DNA from: Giardia intestinalis
Lineage: Eukaryota
NCBI GenBank assembly: GCA_000002435.2
Contig: CM018791.1
DNA: 64,000 bases
Strand: one strand, 5' to 3'
The notes beneath the pieces are model-generated. The model searched no databases, had not been told where the DNA came from, and saw nothing but the letters and a program-made list of their open reading frames with translations. Below, piece by piece: positions 47,823-58,500 of the stretch. The number at the start of each line of letters is the position of its first letter. Positions within the stretch are counted from its first letter, which is position 1. The position numbers and the translations under genes are program-made.

Positions 47823-50800
47823 TCATAGGGACGGCCGGATTCCGGCGACACTAATGCCACTCTCACTTTCTTCTGTCCTTTCGACCCGGTATGCTTTTAT
47901 CTCGGTGTCCACAGTCTTGGTTAATCCATGGGGCGATTCTTGTGGAAAGGGGAAACCTGCACCACTAATAGATGGCATATTAAGACCACTGTCGCCATCA
48001 TTGCCAACTGTTCCAGTGCCAAGCATGGGGGCATAAACGACAACACCTTCTGGATCATCATCGTTGCTTGTATCGGGAGTTGCCCACAGTGCTTTTATCT
48101 CGGGGACCTGAAGAAGATCCTTTGCTCCAAGTCTTGTCCTTGGCGATGGTAGCAAAAGGAGGTTGATAAACGTAAGTAGCTCTACAGAGTAGACAGTACC
48201 ATCAGCGTCAGTTGACACATTGGAAAGGTCTAGGCCCGTGGGCTGGATAGAGGTCACTCCGGTAAATCCGTGACCAGTCTGCTTCAGCATTGGAAAGTCG
48301 TCAGCCAAAGGCCTGAGTGTGCAAAGCTCGTACAGAACAGATCCTAGAGACCATATATCACACTTCTCATCATACCCGTCGGTGGCTGGGCTCTGGTCTT
48401 GGTCAGTGCTCTGCATAGCAAGAACTTCTGGAGCCATGTACCCGATGGTTCCTGCTGATGCGTATATCCGATCCTTTATTGTGCCATGTCGTGCTCCAGG
48501 CGATGATATAGTCTTTGCCAGGCAGAAGTCGAAGATGTGCACCTTTCCATCTTTTGTTAGAAATAGTGCTTCGGGACGGATGTTTCTATGAACTACCTTA
48601 AGCCCAGTAAGCTCTGCTTTTTCAGTAGAGTGGAGATACTCCAAACCCTTCAGGGTTTCACATGCAATGCCCCATATGGTAGCCTCTGGTACAGGCGCTC
48701 CTTTCTCCAAGTAGCGTGTTATGAGCGATGCAACGTTCCCAAAAACGAAGAACTCAGTAATGATATATGCAGAGTACTGGTCTCCGTCGTAGAAGTAGTC
48801 TAGTAAAGGCGCGATGTTCTCGTGCATTACCTTCCTTAAAATGGTAGTTTCAGAGTCCAGTAGCTGAACGACATATGCGTCGATTGACGTGAACCTTGTC
48901 TCCTTGCAGGTGAGTATATGTCCATTTAACAAGTTCTTTATCTTGTATAGTTTGGAAATATTCATGTCGCAGAGAAAGTCCAAGATTTCATAGTCATCTC
49001 TTAGACGCCTCTTGGGCATCTTAGAGTTGAGGAGCCGCATGTTTTGCAGGGTGTCTGATGCTGCAGTCATAGCTGCCAGCAGGGTAACCTTAGTCTGTTC
49101 TTTGAGCATAACAGATATAAGAGTATTCAAGGCAGGAGTATAGTTTCGTGGTGCAGCCCATATATCATGCTTGAAATTAATATCAATACAGGAGACATCA
49201 TAGCAAGCCATGTCTGCATTGAAAAATGTGGCGTAAACTTGCTTTAGTGTGGCCATTTCGTACAAAACAGCCCCCACCGACCAAGTGTCCTGCAGAAGGG
49301 CATCATATGTCTGTCTGTAGCCATACTTGGTGCGAAGAGCATCCTGGGACATGTACATATCATCTGTAGAGAGTATTGCTGTCTGACTATTGAGCTCCTG
49401 CGACCCAGTTGGGTCTCCCAAATAGACACAGCACGTGAAGTCACATAGTTTCAGCGTTCCAATCCTAATTTCAGAGTCGTCTGTAAAACAAAACCTGAGA
49501 TTGTTAGGGGAGATTGCTAGGTTAGCAAAGGTACCAACTTGACCCTGTGAGTTCTTGAACTCCTGTATGTAAGAGAGCGCTGCAAGAAGTTCTTCAGCAC
49601 ACTTCCATATGCTGTACTCTTCTACTGGCTTATTTGCATCTGAGTATAACAGTAAGACATCAGCCAAGGTGAAGTCGGAAAGCCGCTCACTGATAACACA
49701 TAACTTCTTAACCTCTTTGTCGTAGAAGGCGTCTATGAATCTGTGAATATTGGGATGGTTAAAGCTCAGGAGAAGCTGTGTCTCTAGAATGATAGCGTTT
49801 CGAAGCTCTGGAGGCTTTATATTTAGCAAATCAATGTACTGGCATCTAAACAGTTCCTTTGCAGCTATAGATGCATTCAGGGGCCTTACTAAAATTGTGT
49901 CACCATGCAATGTGCTGGATTCTTCGTCAGTCATTATTATATATTTGCTGCGAAGCACCGATGAGCCAAACTTCTTCTTCACGAGCTTTATGAGTTTATC
50001 TTGCTCTTCTTCTTCTTTCGATTGCTCCACTTGTGGCTCTAGATGCTCCAAAGCAGGGGTGCTGGAGTACCGATCTTGCTCCTTTTCTAGTTCCTTTCCG
50101 GCTAGTAGTGAGTTCTCAGTTACACCTACAAGCAGCGTTTGCGTAGAGGGCTCTGTTGAATTAATGTTAGATCGATGAATGACTGAATCTACCAACTCAC
50201 TAGTATCATCACGCAGCGTGAGTTTTCTGCTATCTGCAAAGCTCAGAGAATGCTGAGCTTGAAGAGGTGCATCTTCTTCTATCTTTCCAGAAGCAGACAG
50301 ATCAACTGCGGCTTCGTCTTCATTCAGTTTTTCCTCTACAAGCGACTCTATCTTAGCGAGCTCAGGATTGATTATGCACCGCATAGAGAATAGATCTGCC
50401 AAAGGGTCCGTTGTACCACAAAATAGCATTCGAATAATCTTTGTTACATTGATATGTTCCTTCGTTGCCTTTAGATGATTAAGGTAAATGGGAAGGGAGA
50501 AGTCTATTAGCTCCTCTAGGGGCGTAGTTTGAAGCGTTTGCAGTATAGTACTGGACAACTCTGGTTGTTGACGCAACGATCCTTTCGTGTTCTTGTTGGA
50601 TAAGTAGCTCGATAAAGCGGTGCAGAAAGCTTTATGGGTATAAAGAGTAAAAAGCAATACACCGAGACACCAGAAGTCCAGATTATAATCTATAGTTGCA
50701 TAGGAGTCGACATAGGCATCTCCAAGAATCGCCTTTGTTTGCGCACTAACCGGGAGTCCGAGAGAGTAGAGAGCATGAAAGATGTTCAGCTTAATGCTCC

Positions 50801-53800
50801 CCTTGCTCAGCAGCATGACATTTGATGAAAGCAAACCACCATGGCAGAACTTGAGATTTAAGGGCTTTGGCATGGTTGCAACGTAAAAAGGAACGGGCAT
50901 ATACACTCTTTCCAATGCCTGCATCAGCTGGTCGCAAATGACAAAGAACTGTGCTTGTGAAAGTCCGGTAGATGAAGCCCGCAAAGTGACCAATAGGTCA
51001 TCCACTGTGCCATCATCTGTGGCTTCGGTAATGAGACACATGCATCCTCTTTTCAGGTCATCATACACGTCCACCAAGTTAGCAAGAAACGGGAATTCTA
51101 GCCCGGTTTGCTTCGAACTGGTAGGCCTGGGATGTTCAACGGCCGAAACGGCCTTCTGTTGGTAGAAGAAGAGCGAGGCTCCCAGCAGCAAAAGTTGATG
51201 AATTATGCGCTGATTTTTCGGGACCAGCTTTACCTCTTGACAAAAATACACTGTATCATCAGAATCGGGGTCGTAGTCATAGGAAGGCTGAATCGAGCGG
51301 TTACGTGTAAGGGTTAGAGCAGTTGGAGTGGCTGATTGAGCAGTCCTCCTTACCTTTAGTAAGCTGCAGCCATTGTCTTTATCCTCAGAAATAACTTTCA
51401 AAGTAGAGTACTGGTTTAGATTTCTGCATGGAATGGGAAATGGAAGCACAAAGTTGGAGAGGCCAACAGTCCCAACGGCGCTGAAGATAGAAGAGAATCT
51501 ATGCAGAAGCTGTTGTGCTGTCTGTCTTCTAGAGCTGTCGACTACAAGCATCATTCGAATCATCTCAATTAGCTCTCGAGAGTAGGGAGCTACTGGGACT
51601 TTGAATTGCTTTCCTAGCCGTAGTGCAGAAGCCGCAGACTCGTTCTCCATTAAGTACTGACTGAAGGATATATTGAAGCACATCTCAAAAAGAGTGGCTC
51701 CAGCGGCCCAAATATCGGAGGTCTTTGTGAAGAAGATATCACTTGTTGATTTCCCAGCCAGCACCTCTGGAGCTAAATAAGGTTCATAGTTAGGCAGAAT
51801 GGTTCGCGTGAAATGGTCTCCATAGAGATGCGCCATACTATAGTCAGATAGAATTGCAGAGTAGTCACTTCGTAGACTTGCGTAGTCCGGGGACTCAGGT
51901 TCCGAAGCCTTTCCGCTCGAAATCAGTAATATGTTCGCAGGACTGATGGCTCCATAGATATAATTGTGATCACATGCGTGCTGGATAACAGATAGAAGCA
52001 TACAAGCAACTTTCCAAATAGTTCTTTCCGGTATGTATGCACGCTGCTCTCTGTTGAGCTGCAGAAGAGTAGATAGGGGAAAGTCGTGGGCGTACTCGGT
52101 TATAACGTAGACATAACTATTGTCTATAAAGCTATCGACAGGCTTCTCAAGTAGATCGCAAGACAGAGTCCGCATAGCTGTAATCACTTCGCAAAGCTCT
52201 TGCACAGACAGCGGAAGCAACTTATTCACCGGGAACTCTTTCACCATGAAGTGCTTTGTTTCGTCCTTCTTGAGGGTGACCTTTAAGGAAACAGTGGTAG
52301 ACGTATCTATAGTGCAAGTGGACAGTTGCTGTGTCTGCTGTGCCATAAGCGGGTCGACAGAGGGATGAGGTAACTCAGATGTGGAGGTGGTTTTTGAAAG
52401 GTTCATAACGGACATATCTTCATGAGAAAGTAGGTCCCCATCAGCAGAAAGCAATGTTTCATCCATGAACTGGTCTAAAACCAAGTATCGCCGGTCAAAT
52501 TTCTTCTGCGTTAAGACTAATGGGAAAGGCCCTATATATGGCAAGATAGCCTTGGTAAGATAAGGATATTCCAGCAGAACGTCAGCAGATGGCCTTTCTG
52601 TCGGTAAAACTGTCAGCATCAGCTCCATGAACTTAATAAGCGAGTCGCTCCACTGAATAAAGCCCTCAATAAGTATGCGTATCTGCTTGCTGGAAATAAC
52701 TGTACTTCGATGCTCGTTGTACTCGTCATAGAAGGAGCGTCCATCGCTGCAGAGCTTATAAAGAATGCACCCCAATGCCCAGATATCATTCTTTTCGTTA
52801 AAGCCATCAATTCCAATACTGGGCTGGCCTATAAGGCCAAGCTTTTCTGGAGCAGAGTAGGGTATTGCTCCTGCAAAGGTCGCTGATAGAGAGCCGGCTT
52901 GTTCGTGTTCCTGTGCATGCCCTGTCAGAAGCACTCTTACGCTACCATCCAATCCAATAAAGATGCTATCAGGTGTCAGATTAGTGAGATAGATAGAGCC
53001 CAGACGGAGCCCATTGCTTGAAAAGCTGTGTGCTTTAGCAACAGCGACAAGAACCTGCGCCATAATGGACCAAATCTCCTGCTCAAGAAACGTGTGGTTA
53101 TGTTGAAAGCGTTGCTCACACAGAGAAGAAAGCGACATAGCCGGGTTACAGTCATAGACAAGAATGAGGCCAAGCTGTGGGTCAAAGAAGGTGTCTATCA
53201 CTGGAACAAAGCAATCATCCGTTAACAAGCGAGAAAATTTGATCTGGGAAAGTACATATGGTGATAAATCCCCAGAGATAAAATTCTCTGGGGATATACG
53301 AAGGGCTCGAGCAACAAACCGCTTATCCTCCGGCTGGCTGCGGTTTATCGTCAAGTCTGTGAATTGAAGACTTTGAAATGCTAGTGAATATTCAGTGGCG
53401 CCGGTTACCTCTGTCGATAACAAGACAAACTCTTGAAAGAGAGGGGTGTCGGCGAGCACCGCCTCAAGTGAATATGAAGACGAAAGGCTTCGCTGCTCAA
53501 TGCTAGTGGGCGAGCCGAAGATGCTCTTTTCCAACCACGATAAGCTGATTTTCTTAAGCAACTGTGATGCACCATAGCGCGCTTCGGGATCCTTCACTAG
53601 AAGCAGTCGAACGGTTGTTTCAAGAGTCTTAGAGTAAGGGGTGTAAGAGAAGACAAACTTGTTATCAAATGTGATATTTTTCAGATGTCCATAGCTTGCC
53701 TTGGCTCGATTAAAGTAGCGGGAGTAGAAAGGCAAGTAAGTCATCATTCGGTACATAACACAGCCAAGACTCCACAGATCGCATTTGTTAGTATACGTAT

Positions 53801-55514
53801 GATGAGAGGGGAAATGATAGAGCTTAGTTTCATTGATGCTCCCCATTTGTACCTCTAGCTTGTTTTGCACCTCTGGAGCCATGCACTCAATGCTGCCAAC
53901 CCGCCCACTGGGGTAGCGGTAGAGTGTGGAGAGTCCAAAATCAAATATCTTGATGGCGTGAGTCACTGGGTTTATCAGTATTGTCTCCAGCGAAAGGTAA
54001 CGAAATACGATTCGCTTAGTGTCATGGAGCCACTCCAAAAGCCCAAGAAGCTGCAGTATAATGGTCCAGATGATGTACTCGGGTAGCTGCTGTTTCTGCT
54101 CACGATTATACTTTATGAACTCGTCCAGGAAGACCATGTTGCTGAGCTGGGGCTTACCAATTTGATGCTGCTCGAAGCACATATCGCTGTTATCATAGAT
54201 AAATAAAATACGTCCCGTTGTGCTGCTATATATGCTGCAAATACAGGGTATTACTGCAGGATGTTCCAGACCTTTCTGATATAAAATATGCTCGTGCGCT
54301 GTGGCAACAATTGTGTTGCCTGTATCATCCTCCACGCGTATCTCCTTTGCCCAAAAGAGTGCGCCACTAGTGTGCTTTTTAACTATCACGTGCGTTCCTG
54401 TCCTATTCCTATACAATCTGCGGATAACCTTGTATTGAAGCACAGCGTCATCGCAAGTACACTCCTTGAGGTAATCAAGAACAATGTTAGTCGTTTCGGA
54501 GAGATATCGCCGAATAGCAGCCACAACAGGGGTTGCAAGAAGCAGACTAGCAGAGGCTCTGTTCTGAGGATTAACCTGGAGCATAAGACGGAGAGTGTGA
54601 TGTAGATCTTGGCTGTATGGGGTTGTGTCCTTTGATGAGCGACAGGCTAAACTGATGCTGGTTATGAATTCTTGCACATATATAGGGTTCCTAGCGTCTT
54701 TGGCGGCCTCTATCCTAGAAGAGGACGGCTTTGGGCAAAGAGGACCAATGGACTCTAACGTAACAGGGACTAGATTAGCAGTAGCAGGATTGGGTAGATT
54801 ATTTGTAACATTGTGCTCTTCCTCCCATTGAAGGGCGTCTGTAATTAGTGGAACTAAGGTGCATAGCTCATAAATGACAGCCCCCAGCGCCCAGATGTCA
54901 ACCCCCTCTTTATACTCTTTGCGCGCAAGCATCTCTGGAGACAGGTAATTCCTGCTTCCACAGAGTTGCTTAAGAAAGTCGTCTTTATACTTTTCCTTTG
55001 CAATACCAAAGTCAGTGAGCATACCGACGTAATTAGAATCCATCAATATATTGTCAGGTTTTATTGATCTGTGCACACAGCTCTTTTCTATGTTATACGT
55101 CTCGAGGTATGCCAACGCCTCCAAAACGCCAACTAGCACCTTCCAAATGATGTCTTCTGGGACGCGCTTCTTATTGGCGCGTGCTCGACGCATGTAAACG
55201 CTCAGTGGGCCATTTGGGCAGTATTGCATCACGTGATAAATCTTGTGTTCATCCTCGGCATAGAAGGTTTCTATGACTTGCGGAATCCGGGGGCAGTGAA
55301 GAGCCGTCAGCATATGTATCTCATTCAGCATTACCATATACATGGGCTTATCGAGCTTGGCGCATTGAAATTCCTTTACCACGACTTGAGAGTACTTTAG
55401 GTCTTTCGCCTTTGGCTGGGCCAAGAGTACCCGTCCACTAGCTCCTGTATGGAGTATTTTAAGGCACTTGTACTTGGCATCAAAAGTTGCGCGAGAAAAG
55501 CTGTCGACGTCCAT
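47823..55514 (-). CDS. Giant protein of 2563 aa made of about seven tandem NEK-like kinase or pseudokinase domains
   Basis: There are seven separate activation-segment and helix-F units. The first is YLSPEM...GVDIWALGAVIYELCT, with HRSIKPDN and DFG upstream. The second is CMAPEV...CDLWSLGCVMYRMMT, with IFDFGLS. The third is YSAPEKL...NDIWALGCILYKLCS. The fourth is YLAPEVLAGK...SDIWAAGATLFEMC. The fifth is LDFWCLGVLLFTLYT. The sixth is DTWSVGAVLYEMATL. The seventh is YMAPEVLAMQ...CDIWSLGSVLYELCTL, with HRNIRPEA and IFDFCLAK upstream. None of the seven has an aspartate in the HRD position. Confidence 0.85.
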   Translation of the reverse strand: MDVDSFSRATFDAKYKCLKILHTGASGRVLLAQPKAKDLKYSQVVVKEFQCAKLDKPMYMVMLNEIHMLTALHCPRIPQVIETFYAEDEHKIYHVMQYCPNGPLSVYMRRARANKKRVPEDIIWKVLVGVLEALAYLETYNIEKSCVHRSIKPDNILMDSNYVGMLTDFGIAKEKYKDDFLKQLCGSRNYLSPEMLARKEYKEGVDIWALGAVIYELCTLVPLITDALQWEEEHNVTNNLPNPATANLVPVTLESIGPLCPKPSSSRIEAAKDARNPIYVQEFITSISLACRSSKDTTPYSQDLHHTLRLMLQVNPQNRASASLLLATPVVAAIRRYLSETTNIVLDYLKECTCDDAVLQYKVIRRLYRNRTGTHVIVKKHTSGALFWAKEIRVEDDTGNTIVATAHEHILYQKGLEHPAVIPCICSIYSSTTGRILFIYDNSDMCFEQHQIGKPQLSNMVFLDEFIKYNREQKQQLPEYIIWTIILQLLGLLEWLHDTKRIVFRYLSLETILINPVTHAIKIFDFGLSTLYRYPSGRVGSIECMAPEVQNKLEVQMGSINETKLYHFPSHHTYTNKCDLWSLGCVMYRMMTYLPFYSRYFNRAKASYGHLKNITFDNKFVFSYTPYSKTLETTVRLLLVKDPEARYGASQLLKKISLSWLEKSIFGSPTSIEQRSLSSSYSLEAVLADTPLFQEFVLLSTEVTGATEYSLAFQSLQFTDLTINRSQPEDKRFVARALRISPENFISGDLSPYVLSQIKFSRLLTDDCFVPVIDTFFDPQLGLILVYDCNPAMSLSSLCEQRFQHNHTFLEQEIWSIMAQVLVAVAKAHSFSSNGLRLGSIYLTNLTPDSIFIGLDGSVRVLLTGHAQEHEQAGSLSATFAGAIPYSAPEKLGLIGQPSIGIDGFNEKNDIWALGCILYKLCSDGRSFYDEYNEHRSTVISSKQIRILIEGFIQWSDSLIKFMELMLTVLPTERPSADVLLEYPYLTKAILPYIGPFPLVLTQKKFDRRYLVLDQFMDETLLSADGDLLSHEDMSVMNLSKTTSTSELPHPSVDPLMAQQTQQLSTCTIDTSTTVSLKVTLKKDETKHFMVKEFPVNKLLPLSVQELCEVITAMRTLSCDLLEKPVDSFIDNSYVYVITEYAHDFPLSTLLQLNREQRAYIPERTIWKVACMLLSVIQHACDHNYIYGAISPANILLISSGKASEPESPDYASLRSDYSAILSDYSMAHLYGDHFTRTILPNYEPYLAPEVLAGKSTSDIFFTKTSDIWAAGATLFEMCFNISFSQYLMENESAASALRLGKQFKVPVAPYSRELIEMIRMMLVVDSSRRQTAQQLLHRFSSIFSAVGTVGLSNFVLPFPIPCRNLNQYSTLKVISEDKDNGCSLLKVRRTAQSATPTALTLTRNRSIQPSYDYDPDSDDTVYFCQEVKLVPKNQRIIHQLLLLGASLFFYQQKAVSAVEHPRPTSSKQTGLEFPFLANLVDVYDDLKRGCMCLITEATDDGTVDDLLVTLRASSTGLSQAQFFVICDQLMQALERVYMPVPFYVATMPKPLNLKFCHGGLLSSNVMLLSKGSIKLNIFHALYSLGLPVSAQTKAILGDAYVDSYATIDYNLDFWCLGVLLFTLYTHKAFCTALSSYLSNKNTKGSLRQQPELSSTILQTLQTTPLEELIDFSLPIYLNHLKATKEHINVTKIIRMLFCGTTDPLADLFSMRCIINPELAKIESLVEEKLNEDEAAVDLSASGKIEEDAPLQAQHSLSFADSRKLTLRDDTSELVDSVIHRSNINSTEPSTQTLLVGVTENSLLAGKELEKEQDRYSSTPALEHLEPQVEQSKEEEEQDKLIKLVKKKFGSSVLRSKYIIMTDEESSTLHGDTILVRPLNASIAAKELFRCQYIDLLNIKPPELRNAIILETQLLLSFNHPNIHRFIDAFYDKEVKKLCVISERLSDFTLADVLLLYSDANKPVEEYSIWKCAEELLAALSYIQEFKNSQGQVGTFANLAISPNNLRFCFTDDSEIRIGTLKLCDFTCCVYLGDPTGSQELNSQTAILSTDDMYMSQDALRTKYGYRQTYDALLQDTWSVGAVLYEMATLKQVYATFFNADMACYDVSCIDINFKHDIWAAPRNYTPALNTLISVMLKEQTKVTLLAAMTAASDTLQNMRLLNSKMPKRRLRDDYEILDFLCDMNISKLYKIKNLLNGHILTCKETRFTSIDAYVVQLLDSETTILRKVMHENIAPLLDYFYDGDQYSAYIITEFFVFGNVASLITRYLEKGAPVPEATIWGIACETLKGLEYLHSTEKAELTGLKVVHRNIRPEALFLTKDGKVHIFDFCLAKTISSPGARHGTIKDRIYASAGTIGYMAPEVLAMQSTDQDQSPATDGYDEKCDIWSLGSVLYELCTLRPLADDFPMLKQTGHGFTGVTSIQPTGLDLSNVSTDADGTVYSVELLTFINLLLLPSPRTRLGAKDLLQVPEIKALWATPDTSNDDDPEGVVVYAPMLGTGTVGNDGDSGLNMPSISGAGFPFPQESPHGLTKTVDTEIKAYRVERTEESESGISVAGIRPSL

Positions 55515-55593
55515 GTCTCGGCGTTCTCTTGTGCGCAGAGACTAAAATTTTATTGCCAACTCCTTTTAACAGCACAAGAGAGTCAGGATTGCC

Positions 55594-58500
55594 ATGGATC
55601 AAGACAAGCAGGGAGAGTTCGAAAGCTGCGATGAGACAGCAAGCATCCAAGTTGAGACACCGTCGCTGGTGGAGACTCCCGATATTCAGTTTACCATAGT
55701 AGAGAGATCTACACTTGAGCAGGCTTCTTCTGGGGTATCCTTTAGTGTTTCCAGCATCTCGGTTGAAACTCCGTCCCTCAATGTTCAGGAATCTATAACC
55801 AGTGCGTCTGAGGTGCTTTCCACACCAGCCACTATTGACCAAGTGTGTCCTCGTTCTGCACAGTCTCCAGCCGCACCACTTAGCATACTATCATTCAAAA
55901 ATACTAACCTTCGTCCGCTACCACCAAATGACAGTCGTTTTAGCGCTTCCAGCTCCACTGCTCTGCTTCCGGACCCCTCTCTCACAGGTGGTTCTGACAG
56001 CAGGACATCGCGATCATCACTCCTTCCTCGTGAAAGCATTTCAGTTAATACAATTACTGAAGAGAATAGCAAAAGTACGCAAAGCCTGGTCTCGCTTGGA
56101 GAGGTTTTGGAAGGGCCTATCAATTCCCAGCCCTTGGATGATGATCGCTTTCGGACGTATCCATTTGTAGATGTTGAACGGCAGATGCTATCGAATAAGA
56201 TAGAAGCTCTAGAATCTGAGCTTCTTCTAGCTAGGAGCGAAGCAGATGAGCTTATGCTCCAATTAGAGATAGAGAGGCACCAATTTGAACTTATTTCTCA
56301 GTGTCTTTGCCAAACCCTAACTACGGAACGGGCCATTTCTCCTATGTTGATCCCCTCCCCTTCAAATGCCGTGGAACCCCCTGCCGCCTATGCAGATGTT
56401 GACGTTCAAACCATTAGTAACAATGAGACAATGGTTGAGCTTAACAAGCAAGAATATGAGTCCTTTATGGTCATCGCTATGAAGCTCCAAGATGAAAATA
56501 GCACCCTCTGGGAACAGGTTTCGTCCAAAGATAAAACCATAGCTCTCACGACTGAGGCCGTTGATACACTCACAGATGACGTAAAGCATTTGACTGACCA
56601 GCTTTCGATAATTGGCGAGACTAATCTCTCATTGCAGATTGCTTTGCAAGAGAAGGCTTCAATTATAGAGCAATATGAATTAGAGCGAGCAAAGGCTGCA
56701 CTCTCTGATAGCTGTCAACAAACAGACAACCCAGAGTGTGTTTCAAAAGAGGTCTCTGCAACCGAACCGGTAGAGCTCCCCCTTAGGGCAGATGTAGAGC
56801 AACAAACAAGCCTTACATCAACTCAGTCATCTGAGTTATCGGGTGATGCACATTCCGTACACGATGAACCTAAGGATATGACAGGCACTCCTTTGAAGGC
56901 TCTAGCTGAGATCAGCGAACAGATCTCTGTCAAGAAGGAAGAATTAGTAGGAGTTATGGCAAAAATAGACGCTCTTGGGTCGTGGTATAGCAAAGAAGTA
57001 GAGAGGTTGGAGGGCATTAAGTACGTCCAGAGTGAAGCAGATAGCTTGCTTACTGCATCGAAGCAGGAAGGCAAACAGTCAACCTTGTTAGAATTTGCAG
57101 GAAGCGTCCTACCAGCTCCGTCTCACGATGGAAGCCGTGAATCTCGAACAATAACACGCCTCATTGAGGTGCTAAACTTTCAGCCATACAAAGACTCCTG
57201 TACTTCCGGTGATCTATCTGATTGTATTCTTACTTATGCGTCCGAAGTTTTGCCGCACATAGTAGACATACAGCGCATGTTACGGGCCCTGCAGAAGGAG
57301 TACTATGCGTATCTAGAGCAGCTAAGGGCGGATACGAAGACTATTGCAACTCTAAGCGCCGATAATGAGGTCCTTCGTGCTGCCAATGCAAGCCTCCAAG
57401 AATCTGTTGAGGCCCTAAAGGCGCAAGTAGATTCTGATGGGCTAACTAAGAATGATCTTCCCACGGAAAAGGATATTCCACTTCATAGCGCCTCAGTTAA
57501 CACAAGGACCCCAGCTAATGGTCTTCTCGGTCAGTTACTACCATTTCTAAACGATGAGCTCACGAAAAAGAAGGCTCTAAACATCGATGCACTTGAAAAA
57601 ACAATTAGCAAGCAAACAGAGCTCCCACTCTCACGTACTTTAAGGCCAGACCTTTCAAAGATGGCGGACGACTTTTCTGTTTCGGCCGATGTGTCGCTAA
57701 CTGAAGACTCAATGAATCAGCTGCGAGAAATGATCGATGCAAATGATCAGCCTACACACGAGCATGGGGCTTCCAGGTGGAAGGACTACGAGCCACTTTT
57801 GATAGCCATGCAAGCCAGGCACCAAGCCAAACGATCTCTGACGCGTGATATAGATGTTGTATCTGGCCAGCCAGACTACAAGTTGCACTATTTGCGTAGC
57901 AAGTTGGACGCCTTTATGCTCCGACACCAGGTGTTAAAGATCTTTAATGTGCTAGGAACTCTTTTGGAGGAGAACAATTTGCAGCAAGGATCCAAAGACT
58001 CCTTTTGCTCTACTGACCTATCTAAGCTCATCGAGGTCTTAGACCACAAAACCAGGCGTGTGAATGAGCTGGAGACAATTCTTCTAGCTCTCTATCAGCA
58101 GTCGACACACTTTTTCCGAACCTATAGGAGTGTGCTGGACATGGCCACTGTCTCTCTCATTAAGCAAGACTCGTTATTGATGCACAGCGATATGGGTGCA
58201 ATAAGCATGATATTGCTGCATGCAAAGGTTTGCTTGGAAAACTCGAGTAACGAGACAATTAAGGACGCAGTTCTAAGAGCGTTTAATGAGCAACCGTGCT
58301 CACAAATCACACCCAATTCTCATGCGAATGTACTTGCTTCTGCAGACCTTCTAGATGGTAACAAGGAACCAACCAATCCCTTGACAATGACAGTATTGCA
58401 AACTAACCCAGAGCCAAGCTTGCGGTCTCTACTGCAAACAGATATACGACCATCGTTTTTGTTATCCCACTGTGATCCTGCGGCATCTCAAGGTCAGATA

